The notes: generated by a model from the sequence alone, not told the origin. Positions 11,902 to 23,335 are shown, numbered from the stretch's first letter. The stretch: DNA of 64,000 bases from Squalus acanthias (GCA_030390025.1 CM059432.1:51338001-51402000); one strand, 5' to 3'. Numbers and translations: made by a program.

Positions 11902-13775
11902 ATGGAGAGGGAGAGAGAACGAGCTCATCGCTTCACCGAACGGGCCTTGGATGCTCTGGTTGGCGCGGTGGAGCGCAGAAGATGTATACTCTTCCCTGAG
12001 AGTGGCAGGAGGCCTTTGCCACGCGAGTTCAGAAGAGTGTGGAGGGAGGTGGCTCAGAGCGTCTCCTCCAGGAGCATGGTGCCCAGGACCCATACTCAAT
12101 GCCGCAAAAAGTTCAACGACCTCACTCGGGTCGTCTGGGTGAGTGGCTTTTTCTCAATACCTCTCCATCCCTCCATCTCAACCTCACTCTATGGCCAGAG
12201 GGTCTTAAAACCCCAATGCACAACACTCATCCAACACCTATGGCCCTTTCATCAAACACACACACACATTCCACACTTTGCATACAGTAAGGGCTATTCA
12301 CCTATGGGAGGCACATCAGGCAAGACCATGGCTGCATACAGTAAGGGCTATTCACCTATGGGAGGCACATCAGGCAAGACCATGGCTGCATACAGTAAGG
12401 GCTATTCACCTATGGGAGGCACATCAGGCAAGACCATGGCTGTATATTTACTCAGATGCTGTCCTTTTTCTTGCAGGCCAAGCTGGCGCATAATCAGAGA
12501 CAGCAGCAACGGACAGGTGGAGGGCGGCCTCAGCTGCAACCCCTCAGCGATCTTGAGGAGCGCGTCCACAGGATTGTGGCAAGCCGGGTGATCGGTCCCG
12601 TCGCCACTGGAGACGCCGACCCCGTTCTGGACAGCAATGGTAAGGTCATCACCTTTTTGTCCTCTGTCCTTCCACTTGTCCCTCACAACACCAGCCTTTG
12701 ACACTTTCAATCCAACTTGCTAACTCGCTGCACTTATTCCTCCCTTACTGCCACCCTGTCCTCACACTAAAGCCACTCTTGTACCTCCCTGCTTTCAGAT
12801 GGTGATTCACCAGCTGAGGAGACGGGCCCTGAAGCTGCCACTGGGAGTGAAGCTGCAGCCGAGGAGGAAGAGGAAGCCAGAGCATCAGTGTCACCCTCTC
12901 CCGAGGAAGCCCATGCCCACACTGGGAACACGCCTTCCCTGGAGGGGAGCAGGGGGGAAGGGTCTGATGAGGGTGAAGCTCCAGGACCCAGCGGGCTGCA
13001 GCAACGCCATGGGGGTAGGGAAGAACGGGGGCCTTCTCCCCAGAGGGAGAGTATGCCAGACACTCCTACTGCAATGGACGCAGAGGAGGAGCGGCTGATC
13101 GCAGAAATGAACACCCAGGCGGTGGGCATGCACACTGAGCTCATGGGGGCAGTGGGAAGGGTGCCCGAATGCATTGAGTCACTGGCAAGGAGTGTGGAGC
13201 ACTTCTCTGTAGCACAGGCGGATGCCACACTAACGCTTAGTGCTGCAATTCAGTCACTGGCTGCTGTGATCCCATCTCTGACTGCTCTCATGCAGACTCA
13301 GATTGAGGCCACGCGAGCACAGACTGCTGCCAACCTCGATGGTTCGTTCACATGTCCCCGGGGCTGTCACCGCGCCGCAGCAGGCCAGCAATCTGTTCTC
13401 CAGCAGATTGCTCCGGATGCTGAAGTGCTGCCCCGTGGGAGTGCCAGTGTGTCGGGCGAGCAGGGAGTTGCTGTCCTCTCTCACGATGACAGCATTCCTG
13501 CTGCCACCACTGTCACTTCTCCACTGCACTTGTCACCGCCTGTAGGACAGACTGCTGCCGCCCATGCAGAGTTGGTGCAGTCTGCAGCCGGGCCCTCCAG
13601 GCCCAGAACTGGTCGAGGCCGTCCTTCAGGGGCATCTGCAGTGTCAGGGTCTGACGAGCAGCAGCCTTCCACCAGCCTTGCTGCAGCCACTGAGGTCCCA
13701 TTACGGAGGAGCAGTAGGGTTAGAAGGGGGGAAGTGCGCAAGGGAAGGAGATCACCCTCGAAGGGCAAAAAGTAG
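11902..13775 (+). CDS. Harbinger Myb/SANT DNA-binding protein, 3 exons (11902-12138, 12477-12639, 12799-13775), ~458 aa
   Basis: RFTERALDALV...W.EVA...RT..QCRKKFNDL; GT-AG introns keep the frame; basic C-terminus. Confidence 0.85.
12280..12441. repeat. 54-bp tandem repeat x3 in Myb intron 1
   Basis: gcatacagtaagggctattcacctatgggaggcacatcaggcaagaccatggct. Confidence 0.95.
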
Positions 13776-14087
13776 GAGGTGTGACAAAATGCTGGTCATT
13801 TTTTTATTAAAGGTCGAGGTTCATGGTCCAACTTTTGTTTAGTGTTTTGGACATTATCTCCAGGTTGTGAGAACCAGTTATGTTATTGACTGTTTTTTTG
13901 TGTTTATTTCTATGAGTTTGTCATGAGGAATTGACACACACAGAGTTTGTAAAATAAATAAGTTTCTGTATTCAAAATATACATGGTTGGTGGTTGGAAT
14001 TATTGGTGCCTTGGCCGGCTTAGGGGTTGCGTGCTGGGTTTATTGATGTTGTTAGCAATGGCAGAAGCCATTTCCACAGCAGGGGCC

Positions 14088-15248
14088 CTAGAAGCGGCTT
14101 GCTATCAGCCGTTGACGGACGGCCCTTGCAGTTTGACCATTGTGGGCCGCCCTCCCGCCTTGGTGCTGCTGATGATCATCCTCCTCGTCCTCTTCCTCCT
14201 CTTCCTCCTCCTCCTCTGGTGGTGCTCCAAGGCCTGGTGGCATTGGCTGGGTCCTGAGGATTGCCATGTTATGCAACATGCAGCACACAACTACGAAGTT
14301 GGATACTCGCTCAGGCGAATACTGCAGGGCTCCTCCAGAATGGTCGAGACAGCGGAACCGTTGCTTCAGCACGCCGATTGTGCGCTCAATTATGTTCCTG
14401 GTAGCTTGATGGCTCTCATTGTACCGCAGCTCAGCAGGGGTGTTGGGCGTACGGAGCGGTGTCATCAGCCAGGTGCTCAATGCATACCCCTTGTCCCCGA
14501 GAAGCCAACCAACTGGCTGATGCGGTGCCTCGAAAAGTTCTGCCACAGTAGTCTGGCGCAGGATAAAAGCATCGTGGCAGCTGCCAGGATAGTGGGCATT
14601 GACAGCGAGTATCAGCTGTCTGTGGTCACAGACCAACTGAACATTCAAGGAATGGAACCCCTTTCTGTTCCGGAATTCCTCGGCATTCTCATGTGGAGCA
14701 CGCAAAGCCACATGCGTGCAGTCAATGGCGCCCTGCACCATGGGGAAGCCCGCTATCCTCGCAAAGCCCAGAGCGCGGTCACGCTGCTTGTCTGGGGTCA
14801 TGGGGAAAGAGATGAACTCTCGTCTCCTTTTAAAGAGGGCATTTGTGACCTGCCGGATGCAGCAATGCACCGCGAACTGGGAGATATTGGCGAGGTCCCC
14901 AGCAGCAGCTTGAAATGAGCCAGTAGCGTAGAAGTTGAGAGCCACTGTGACCTTCACTGCCACCGACAGAGACGTCCTGGACCTCAGTTGAGGCTGCAGA
15001 TCTGGCTGCAGCAGGTGGCAGAGCTCAGTGACCACCTCCTTGCTGAATCGCAGCCTTCGCAAACACAGCTCCTCAGACATATGAATGTAGGAGAGCTGTT
15101 CACGATATACCCTGGGAGGGTAAGCTCTCCTGTACATACGCCTGTTGGCCCTCCTCCGTCTGGCCATCATTGCCACTCTCTCTCTGCGTCTCTGTGTCCT
15201 CCGATTCAGCTGGAGCAGGATGACGCCCCCAATCAGTGCAGCCCCCAT
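14088..15248 (-). CDS. Harbinger (HARBI1-like) DDE transposase, intact, 386 aa
   Basis: GAIDCTH, GSCHDAFI, LLGDKGY, IERTIGVLKQRFRCL, CCMLHN, acidic tail. Confidence 0.95.
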   Translation of the reverse strand: MGAALIGGVILLQLNRRTQRRRERVAMMARRRRANRRMYRRAYPPRVYREQLSYIHMSEELCLRRLRFSKEVVTELCHLLQPDLQPQLRSRTSLSVAVKVTVALNFYATGSFQAAAGDLANISQFAVHCCIRQVTNALFKRRREFISFPMTPDKQRDRALGFARIAGFPMVQGAIDCTHVALRAPHENAEEFRNRKGFHSLNVQLVCDHRQLILAVNAHYPGSCHDAFILRQTTVAELFEAPHQPVGWLLGDKGYALSTWLMTPLRTPNTPAELRYNESHQATRNIIERTIGVLKQRFRCLDHSGGALQYSPERVSNFVVVCCMLHNMAILRTQPMPPGLGAPPEEEEEEEEEDEEDDHQQHQGGRAAHNGQTARAVRQRLIASRF

Positions 15249-15878
15249 AGTCTCTTTGCAAGCAAAGTAATGAAGGACAGCAACTAAAGTACTAGCGAAG
15301 TTTGGATCAGTAGGCAAAACTACCTCACAAAGCGTTGAGTCAATGCAGAAGTCTCTCTTTCTCTCTCTCCGAATCTCTCTCTCTCTCTCAGAACGAGTGG
15401 TGCAAAAATGTCCACCACAGAAAAAGACAGGAAGAGGCCCCCTTTAAATAGCGCCCCCCCCAGCCCCACAGCGATTGATAGCGTTCCAGTCTTCCGGTCG
15501 TTGGATGCGCCAGGCGGTAAGGCAGGGGGCGCCACTCAATTTCCGCTCCGGGGCTGCACAAGGGCGTTGCACCATGGAATGACGTCACAATCTGCGCGCG
15601 CAGGTGGTCGCAGCGTTAAAGTTTAGCGCCGCCACACAATCTCTAGTTAAGTTCCCGAGCGGCGCAAACATCGCTGCGCCCGGGCGTTAGCGGCTTTGCG
15701 CCCCATTAGCGCCCTCTTAAGGCGCTAACGGGAGGCGCAACCAACTGAATTTTTACCCCTCTGTTCCTTCCTGTCACACTCTTGTTATTATTTCCCCCAT
15801 CTCTATCCTGCTCTATTGTTTTCTCATTTCTCATTGACTTTTTAAATTCCCGCTCACCTGGATCCTCCCCCCCACTAT

Positions 15879-16825
15879 TTAGTTTAAAGCCCTCTCTACA
15901 GCCCTAGTTATTCGATTTGCCAGGACTCTAGCCCCAGCATGGTTCAAGCGAAGCCCGTCCAAATGGAACAGCTCCCTCTTATCCCAGTACTGGTGCCAGT
16001 GTCCCACAAATCGAAACCCATTTCTCCCACACCAGTCTTTGAGCCACTCGTTCATTTCTCTGATCTTATTTACCCTATGCAAATTCGTTCGTGGCTCAGG
16101 TAGTAATCCAGAGATTATTACCTTTGTGGTTCTGCTTTTTAATTTAGCCCCTAGCTGCTCATACTCCCTCAGCAGAACCTCTTTCTTTGTCCTTCCTATG
16201 TCATTGGTACCTACGTGGACCATGACAACTGGATCTTCCCCCTCCCACTCCAAGTTCCTCTCCAGCCCAGAGGAGATGTCCTTAACCCTGGCACCAGGCA
16301 TACAACACAGCCTTCGGGACTCACGCTCTCGGCTACAGAGAACCGTATCTATCCCCCTAACTATACTGTCCCCTATCACTACAACATTTCTTTTTACTCC
16401 CCCCACTTGAATGGCTCCCTGTACCACGTGCTGTGGCCAAATTGCTCATCCTCCCTGCAGTCCCTGCCCTCGTCCACACAGGGAGCAAGAATCTCGTACT
16501 TGTTAGACAAGGCCAAGGGCTGAGGCTCCATCACTACCTCCCGGATCCCAATACCTGCCTCGCTTGTAGTCACACCCTCCTGTCCCTGACCATGGGCCAA
16601 ATTGGAAGTAATTACTCTAGTGGGTGTGACTGCCTCCTGGAACTTAGTGTCCAGGTAACGTTCCTCCTCCCTAATGTGTCGCAGTGTCCGAAGCTCGGAC
16701 TCCAGCTCATCAACTCTGAGCCGAAGTTCCTCGAGCAGCCAACATTTGCTGCAGATGCGGTCGCCGTGGACCTCAATGGTGTCCACCAGCTCCCACATGC
16801 AACAACACATTGTCTGATCTCCCAA
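15879..16825 (-). pseudogene. CR1-B ORF1 (zinc finger/coiled coil + SGNH esterase), frameshift near 16430
   Basis: CSKC, VIGDSIVR, HVGTND, DGLRLN. Confidence 0.85.
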
Positions 16826-17023
16826 CTCAATTAATTAATTAATTAGTTTTTTAAATTCGGAACATGTATATCTTTTAATCTACACCAAGGCACTTAAATT
16901 TAGATGCCCAAGTTTGGAAAAAAGCGAGAAATAGAGAAATACTCACCAACCAATCACTTACCTGCTTTCTGGTGACGTCACACTTCGATTACTTTTTACT
17001 CTTTACACTCACCGGACCGTTGT

Positions 17024-17143
17024 AGCCGCTCCCGTGGGCCCCCGCTCACCTTTAAATCAACCGCCAAGGTTTGGCGCTCTCCAGCCGCTCCCGTGGGCCC
17101 CCGCTCACCTTTAAATCAACTGCCGAGGTCTCGCGCTCTCCAG
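17024..17143. repeat. ~60-bp tandem duplication in CR1-B 5' UTR
   Basis: gccgctcccgtgggcccccgctcacctttaaatcaa occurs twice. Confidence 0.85.
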
Positions 17144-18078
17144 CCATCTGCTCTATCCTCCTATGTCTATACTTACTAACGTGTGGCACCCGGAGTAATC
17201 TGGAGATTACTATCTTTGAGGTCCTCCTTTTTAATCTCTTTCCTAGCTCCCTAAAATCTGCCTGCAGGACCTCATCCCCCTTTCTACCTATGTCATTGAT
17301 ACCGGTATGGACCATGACCGCTGGCTATTCACCCTCCCCCCTCAGAATGTTCTGTAGCCACTCAATGTTATCCTTGACCCTGGCACCAGGGAGGCAACAT
17401 ACCATTCTGGAATCACGTCTGCGACCACAGAAATGCCTGTCTGTTTCCCTAAATATTGAATCCCATGTCACTATTGCTTTCGCGATCTTCCTCTCACCCC
17501 CGTACAGCTGAGCCACCCATGGTGCCGTGGACTTGGCTCTAGCTGTCCTCCCCAGAGGAACCATCATCCTCGCCATTATTTACCGGTTAGAGAGTAAGAT
17601 ACACTCCGGGGACTCCTGCACTAACTGCCTAGTTCTCCTTTTCTGTCTGGCAGTCACCCATTCCTTCTCTGCCTGCACAATCTTAAGCTGCAGGGTGACC
17701 ACCTCCTGAAACGTGTTATCCACGAAGCTCTCAGCCTCACGGATGCACCACAGTTACGCCAGCTGCTGCTCAAGCTCCGAAACCCGGAGCTCGAGCTCCT
17801 CCAGCTGATGACACTTCCTGCACATGTGGTTGTCCAGGACACGGGAAGCATCCTGGATTCCCCACATGGCACAAGATGTGCATTCCACGGGACTGAGGTG
17901 CCCTGCCATGCATTTATTTGATAGATTATTAACTAACTTAGCTGAAATAAACTTAAAAAAAAACAATCACCTGCTACTCACTAATCAGCTCCTTCCCTTT
18001 GTGCTGATGTTACTTTAGGTTTTTTACTCGGACGTCACTCTTTCAAATTCTGCCTGTGTTGGGTTGCTACCAGCTCCG

Positions 18079-18260
18079 CTCTCGCTCCTTCTGCTCTCGG
18101 GCCTCCTCTGTCGCCGTGCTATTTATGCCGCTCTGCTCTCGCTCCTTCTGCTCTCGGGCCTCCTCTGTCGCCGTGCTATTTATGCCGCTCTGCTCTCGCT
18201 CCTTCTGCTCTCGGGCCTCCTCTGTCGCTGCACTATTTATGCTGCTCTGTTCTCGCTCAG
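18079..18260. repeat. 57-bp tandem repeat x3 in CR1-A 5' UTR
   Basis: ctctcgctccttctgctctcgggcctcctctgtcgccgtgctatttatgccgctctg. Confidence 0.9.
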
Positions 18261-18279
18261 CTCCCGCTCCTTCTGCTCT

Positions 18280-18510
18280 CCTTCCCTTCTTCGAATAGTG
18301 CCACGGGATCAGTTATATCCACCTGAGAGGGAAGGCGGGGCCTCAGTTTAATGTCTCATCTGAAAGACGGCTCCTCTGACTGTGCAGCATTCCCTCAGTA
18401 CCGCACTGGAGTCTCAGCCTGGATTATGTGCTCAATTCTCTGGAGTGGGCCTAACCTATGACCTTCTGATTTAGAGGCAAGAGTGCTGCCAATGAACCAA
18501 GGCTGACAGA
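18280..18510 (-). mobile_element. 5' part of Deu-domain tRNA SINE (SacSINE/AmnSINE-like core)
   Basis: Reverse strand shows a tRNA-like head and gatgagacattaaactgaggcccc core; joins 4542 as in the copy at 39810-39845. Confidence 0.75.
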
Positions 18511-18892
18511 AGTGCATATTGGGAAATCGTGGCCATACCCTCCATCTCTAATGGAAAAAAATCATGTGGAGTGCTTCCACAATCGTCCGATGTTTACTCC
18601 TGACAAACAGTCTCCTGCTTGTTAATAGCGGATTGACTGATGTCCCTTGTTATCCCTTGGAATGAGCCAAATACGTAGAGATTCAGGGCTGCGGTTTCTT
18701 TGACAGCCATCATCAGTTCGCCCTGTGGTGGAGGTTGGCAGAAGGTCAATGGCTGAAGGAAATGGCAGACTTGCTAAATATATACTTTGTTTTGATCTTC
18801 ACAGTAGAGGATGAGGATAAAGCCTGAGTGCTGGAGCCCGCTTCTGTGGGCCTAAAGCACAAGCCTGTAGGATGTGGTTAAAAAGTGCGCAG

Positions 18893-19534
18893 GAAGGAGG
18901 GAGGAAGAGAGAGAGAAAGAGAGGGAGAGGGGGAGGGAGGAGGGGGAGAGAGAGGGGGAGAGAGGATGGAGGAGGGGGAGAGGGATGGGGAGGGAGGAAG
19001 GGAGAGAAAGGGGGAGGAAGGATGGAGGAGAGGGAGGGAGAGAGGGGGAGGGAGGAGGGGAGAGAGAGAGAGAGGGAGGGGGAGGGAGGAGGGGGGAGAG
19101 AGGGGGAGGGAGAATGGAGGAGGGGAGAGGGATGGGGAGGGAGAATGGAGGAGGGGAGAGGGATGGGGAGGGAGAATGGAGGAGGGGAGAGAGAGAGGGA
19201 GGGGGGAGGGAGGAGGGGGGAGAGAGGGGGAGGGAGAATGGAGGAGGGGGAGAGGGATGGGGAGGGAGAATGGGGAGGGGAGAGAGAGGGGAGGGGGGAG
19301 GGAGGAGAAGGGAGAGAGGGGGAGGGAGAATGGAGGAGGGGGAGAGGGATGGGAAGGGAGAATGGAGGAGGGGAGAGAGAGGGGGAGGGAGGATGGAGGA
19401 GGGGAGAGGGATGGGGAGGGAGGAGGGGAGAGAGAGGGGGAGGGAGGATGGAGGTGGGGGAGAGGGATGGGGAGGGAGGATGGAGGAGGGGAGAGAGAGG
19501 GGGAGGGAGGAGGGGAGGGAGGAGGGGGAGAGAG
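18893..19534. repeat. G/A-rich low-complexity minisatellite
   Basis: ~640 bp of nearly pure G/A with recurring ggagggagaatggaggagggg units. Confidence 0.95.
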
Positions 19535-20715
19535 GCTGCACCTCTCTTTAAGTAAGTGTGTAAGATGTCGATAATGCAGATCAAGGAGTCCGTAGTTGTT
19601 TAGGGTGATGTAGTTTGAAAAATTAAACCACATACAGTGCATCCCTCCTAACTGTATAGCTTCTTCCTACACACTTATCTTGAAGTTCATGTCAATTCAC
19701 TGTAGTACAAAATATATAATTTAGACGATAAGTACTGTGAACAACAAATATGTTTTCTAGTTACCATAAAATGAATGAAATCATTTAAAATTGACATTTT
19801 TTGCCAAAGATGCCAATAATAAACAATAAGGTGTGAAGACTCAATTTGATGAACAATTAACAAAGTGGCATTTACAAAAGTGAGAACAGGGTGATTGTTT
19901 TGCACTGTTTATATGGGCTGCAACATCAGACATTTACATGTGATTTTATAGAACAAAATAACTTCAATGAAAATGAGTAATGAATACTGGGAATTTAAAA
20001 AAAAAGTTATATAAATAAAAATGAATTGCATATTAACATATCAGAAAGTGAAACAGACTATAGAACTTTTTATAACACGCCAATAAAAAGCTTATTGGTT
20101 TAAATGTGACCATTTTACAATATTGACATATTGGAGTAGATTTTCATCTTTCCCACCTGAGCGTTAAGCACCATTTGGGCAGAGAGCAGAAAGGAAAATC
20201 TGGTGGGGAGGATTGTATGCCAGTTACAGAACCTGGCTAAATTTCCTTTCATTGAAATAAATAAAAGAAAAATCCAATTGGTTCTGTAAGGGGCATGCAA
20301 TCCTCTCTGCCAGATTTTCCCTTGTGCATTCTGCCCAGGTCATGCTTAACAGACTGTAAAGACGGACATCTTTATTTTAATCTTTATCTTAATTGTTTTC
20401 AGGATTTTAGAATTAATTTTAAAAATTCTAATTGTGAGTCTGTCCTAGAGCAGGTCCTACCTGAAGTCACACTCATTTGTTCAGCCACTTACTAGGGAAG
20501 AATAGCTCAGGTGGTTTCCAACTGCTTTCCTCATGGGTTTTTATCTTCAGAGTACCTTTTCCTGGGTGGGCTGCAACCAATACTAAAGAGCCCCACCGAC
20601 CCTTTTGCGATGTAGAGGGACACCCACACACATCGGACGCAAGTACCCCTGCTGGACATCAACCCAGTATTCAGAGTTCCAATGCTACGCTCACCAGAGT
20701 TAACTGGAGTTATAT

Positions 20716-21150
20716 ATTTTTTGTTTATTCATTCATGGGATGTGGGCGTTGCCAGCAAGGCCAGCATTTATTGCCCATCCCTAATTGCCTTTGACAAGAT
20801 GGTGGTGAGCCGCCTTCTTGAACCGTTGTTCTTTGTAGCAGTTTGGTACAACTGAGTGGCTTGCTAGGCCATTTCAGAGAACAGTTGAGAGTCAACCACA
20901 TTGGTGTGGGTCTGGAGTCACATATAAGCCAGACAATTTCCTTCCCTAAAGGACATTAGTGAACCAGATGGGTTTTTACAACAATCTGGTAGTTTCATGG
21001 TCACCATTACTGACACTAAATTTTTATTTCAGATTAATTTAATTAACTGAATTTAAATTCCACAGCTGCTGTGGTGGGATTTGAACTCATATCTCCAAAT
21101 CAGGCCTCTGGATTATTGGTCCAGTGATATAGCCACTATGCTACCGTTCC
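20716..21150 (-). mobile_element. tRNA-derived SINE sharing its 3' tail with the LINE at 51.9-54.6 kb
   Basis: tRNA-like head at ~21070-21145; tail catttattgcccatccctaattgcc also at 53150 and, reversed, at 52050. Confidence 0.7.
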
Positions 21151-21152
21151 CG

Positions 21153-21372
21153 ATGGAGCGGGGCCCGAACCAAACCTTTCTGACTCAGAGGCAGAAATAC
21201 TACCACTGAGCCAGTGGTCACTGAATCTGGACGCAAGTACCCTGCTGGATGTCAACCCATAATTTAGAGACCCCAGTCTAGTCTCCACTCGCCGGGGTTG
21301 TCTTTCGTGGGGCTCGAACCCTACACCTTCTAACTCAGAGAGGGCAATGCTACCACTAACTAAAGGCTCACT
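21153..21372 (-). repeat. Two tandem tRNA-derived (SINE-head) units
   Basis: cgaacc...ttct(g/a)actcagag...ctaccact twice; ggacgcaagtaccc(c)tgctgga at 20635 and 21229. Confidence 0.55.
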
Positions 21373-21569
21373 GATTTTTAAGAGTTTTTCTGATTGGCTC
21401 ATGATTTGAGACAGTGGGGTGGCAATATGTCATTACTGTATAGATATATGCTTTTAAGTGGTTGTTGTAAAAGTTGTTGTTGTTGTTGTTGTAAATGTTG
21501 TTGTAAAATTTGCCCACAGACAGAAAGGTCGTGCTCAAAGGAGTTTGTGGCCCGCTCAGTACAACAAAA

Positions 21570-22970
21570 AATTACGGCAACATTGCCCTTGACCCCTCCG
21601 TCCTTGCAAACTACCATCCCATCTCCAACCTCCATTTCCACTCCAAAGTCCTTGAACGTGTTGTCACCTCCCAAGTTCATGCCCATCTTTCCCGGAACTC
21701 CATGTTTGAATCCCTCTAATCAGGTTTCCGCCCCTGCCACAGTACTGAAACAGCTCTTATCAAAGCCACAAATGCCATCCTATGTGACTATGACAAAGGC
21801 AAACTATCCCTCCTCATCCTTCTCGACTTGTCTGCAGCCTTTGACATGGTTGACCACACCATCCTCCTCCAACGCCTCTCCACCGTTGGCTTATCTGCCT
21901 GCCCCCACACCGTTACCTCTGGTGTCCCCCAAGGATCTATCCTTGGCCCTCTCCTATTTCTCATCTACATGTTGCCCCTTGGTGACATCATCCAAAAACA
22001 CAGCGTCAGTTTCCACATGTACGTTGAGGACATCCAGCTCTACCTCACCACCACCTCTTTCAACCCCTCCACTTTCTCTGAATTGTCAGTCTGCTTGTCC
22101 GACATCCAGTATTGGATGAGCAGAAATTTCCGCCAACTAAATATTGGGAAGACTGAAGTCATTGTTTTTGGTCCCCACCACAAACTCTGTTCCCCAGCCA
22201 CTGACTCCATCGCTCTCCCTGACAATTGTCTGAGGCTGAACCAGACTGTTCCCAACCTTGGTGTCCTAATTTGACCCTGAAATGAGCTTCCGAGCATATA
22301 TCTGCACCATCACTAAGACCGCCTATTTCCGCCTCCGGAACATCTCCTAACTCCGCCCCTACCTCAGCTCAACTGTGCTGAAACCCTCATCCATGCCTTT
22401 GTTAACTCTAGACTTGACTATGCCAACGAACTCCTGGCCGGCCTACCATGTTCTACCCTCCATAAACCTGAGGTCATCCAAAACTCTGCTGCCCGTGTCC
22501 TAACTCGCACCAAGCCCCGTTCACCCATCACCCCTGTGCTCGCTGACCGATATTGGCTCCCGATTAAGCAATGCCTTGATTTTAAAATCTCATCCTTATT
22601 TTCAAATCCCTCCATGGTCTCGCCCCTCCCTATTTCTGTAATCTCCTCCAGCCCCACAACCCTCCGAGATATCTGCGCTCCTCTAATTCTGCCCTCTTGA
22701 GCATCCCTGATTTTAATCGCTCAACCATTGGTGGCCATGCCTTCTGTTGCCTAGGCCTTAAGCTCAGGAATCCCCCCCCTAAACCTCTCTGCCTCTCTAC
22801 CTCTCTTTCCTCTGTTAAGATGCTTCTTAAAACCTATCTCTTTGACCAAGCTTTTGGTCATCTGCCCTAATACATCCTTATGTGGCTCGGTGTCAAAATT
22901 TGTCTTATAACACTCCTGTGAAGTGTCTTGGAATGTTTTACTATGTTACTACAAGTTGTTGTTGTTATTG
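21570..22970 (+). mobile_element. L2 LINE, 3' portion
   Basis: NYHPISNL, DLSAAFDMVDH, GVPQGSILGPLLF, (GTT)n tail. Confidence 0.85.
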
Positions 22971-23335
22971 TAGATGCAAGCAGAAAGTTGCAAAGGGACA
23001 TTGCTAGATGCAAAGGGACAGTGACTGGGCAAAACTGTGTAAATGGAGTTCAGTGTTGGGAATTATGAGACAATCCACTTTGGACCTAAGAACCATAGAT
23101 CAACGTATTTTCTAAATGGTGTGAAGCTAGGAATTATGGAGAAATTTAGGAGTCCAAGTACAGAAATCACTGAAAGCTAGTGGACAGGTGGTAAAAATAA
23201 TTGAAAAGGCTAATGGAATGTTGGCCTTTATCTCAAGAGGCTGGAATACAAAGGGGTGGAAGTTATGTTACAGTTATATGAAGCTCTGGTTAAACCTCGT
23301 TTATAGTAATGCCTTTAGTTCTGGGCACCACACCT

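Larger units (their letters stand above)
11543..15759. mobile_element. Full-length autonomous PIF/Harbinger transposon, copy 1 (TSD TCT)
   Basis: tct|gggggaaaaatt ... aatttttacccc|tct; convergent Myb/SANT and transposase genes. Confidence 0.95.
8571..17144 (-). mobile_element. Full-length CR1 LINE 'B' nested in ORF1 of CR1 'A'
   Basis: aacataagaacataag tail at 8571; RT (9058-10109); endonuclease (10652-11500); ORF1 (15879-16825); 5' UTR with CRE and tandem repeat. Confidence 0.9.
4543..18280 (-). mobile_element. Full-length CR1 LINE 'A', decayed, carrying nested insertions
   Basis: (ATTCTATG)n tail at 4543; RT motifs GVPQGSVLGP/KFADD (5302-5706); APE endonuclease (7226-8234); ORF1 zinc finger and SGNH esterase split into 17145-17910 and 8400-8570. 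Confidence 0.9.

Noticed and set aside
12280..12441. CRISPR-like array
   Set aside because: Head-to-tail identical units with no spacers; eukaryotic intron; no cas genes
13983..14918. 311-aa plus-strand ORF (and 58859-59665)
   Set aside because: Antisense shadow of the transposase; ends differ between copies
14088..15248. Domesticated host HARBI1/NAIF1 genes
   Set aside because: Bounded by TIRs and TSDs, multi-copy, and inserted in LINEs
18799..19642. Long ORFs in all six frames
   Set aside because: Artefact of a stop-free G/A low-complexity tract
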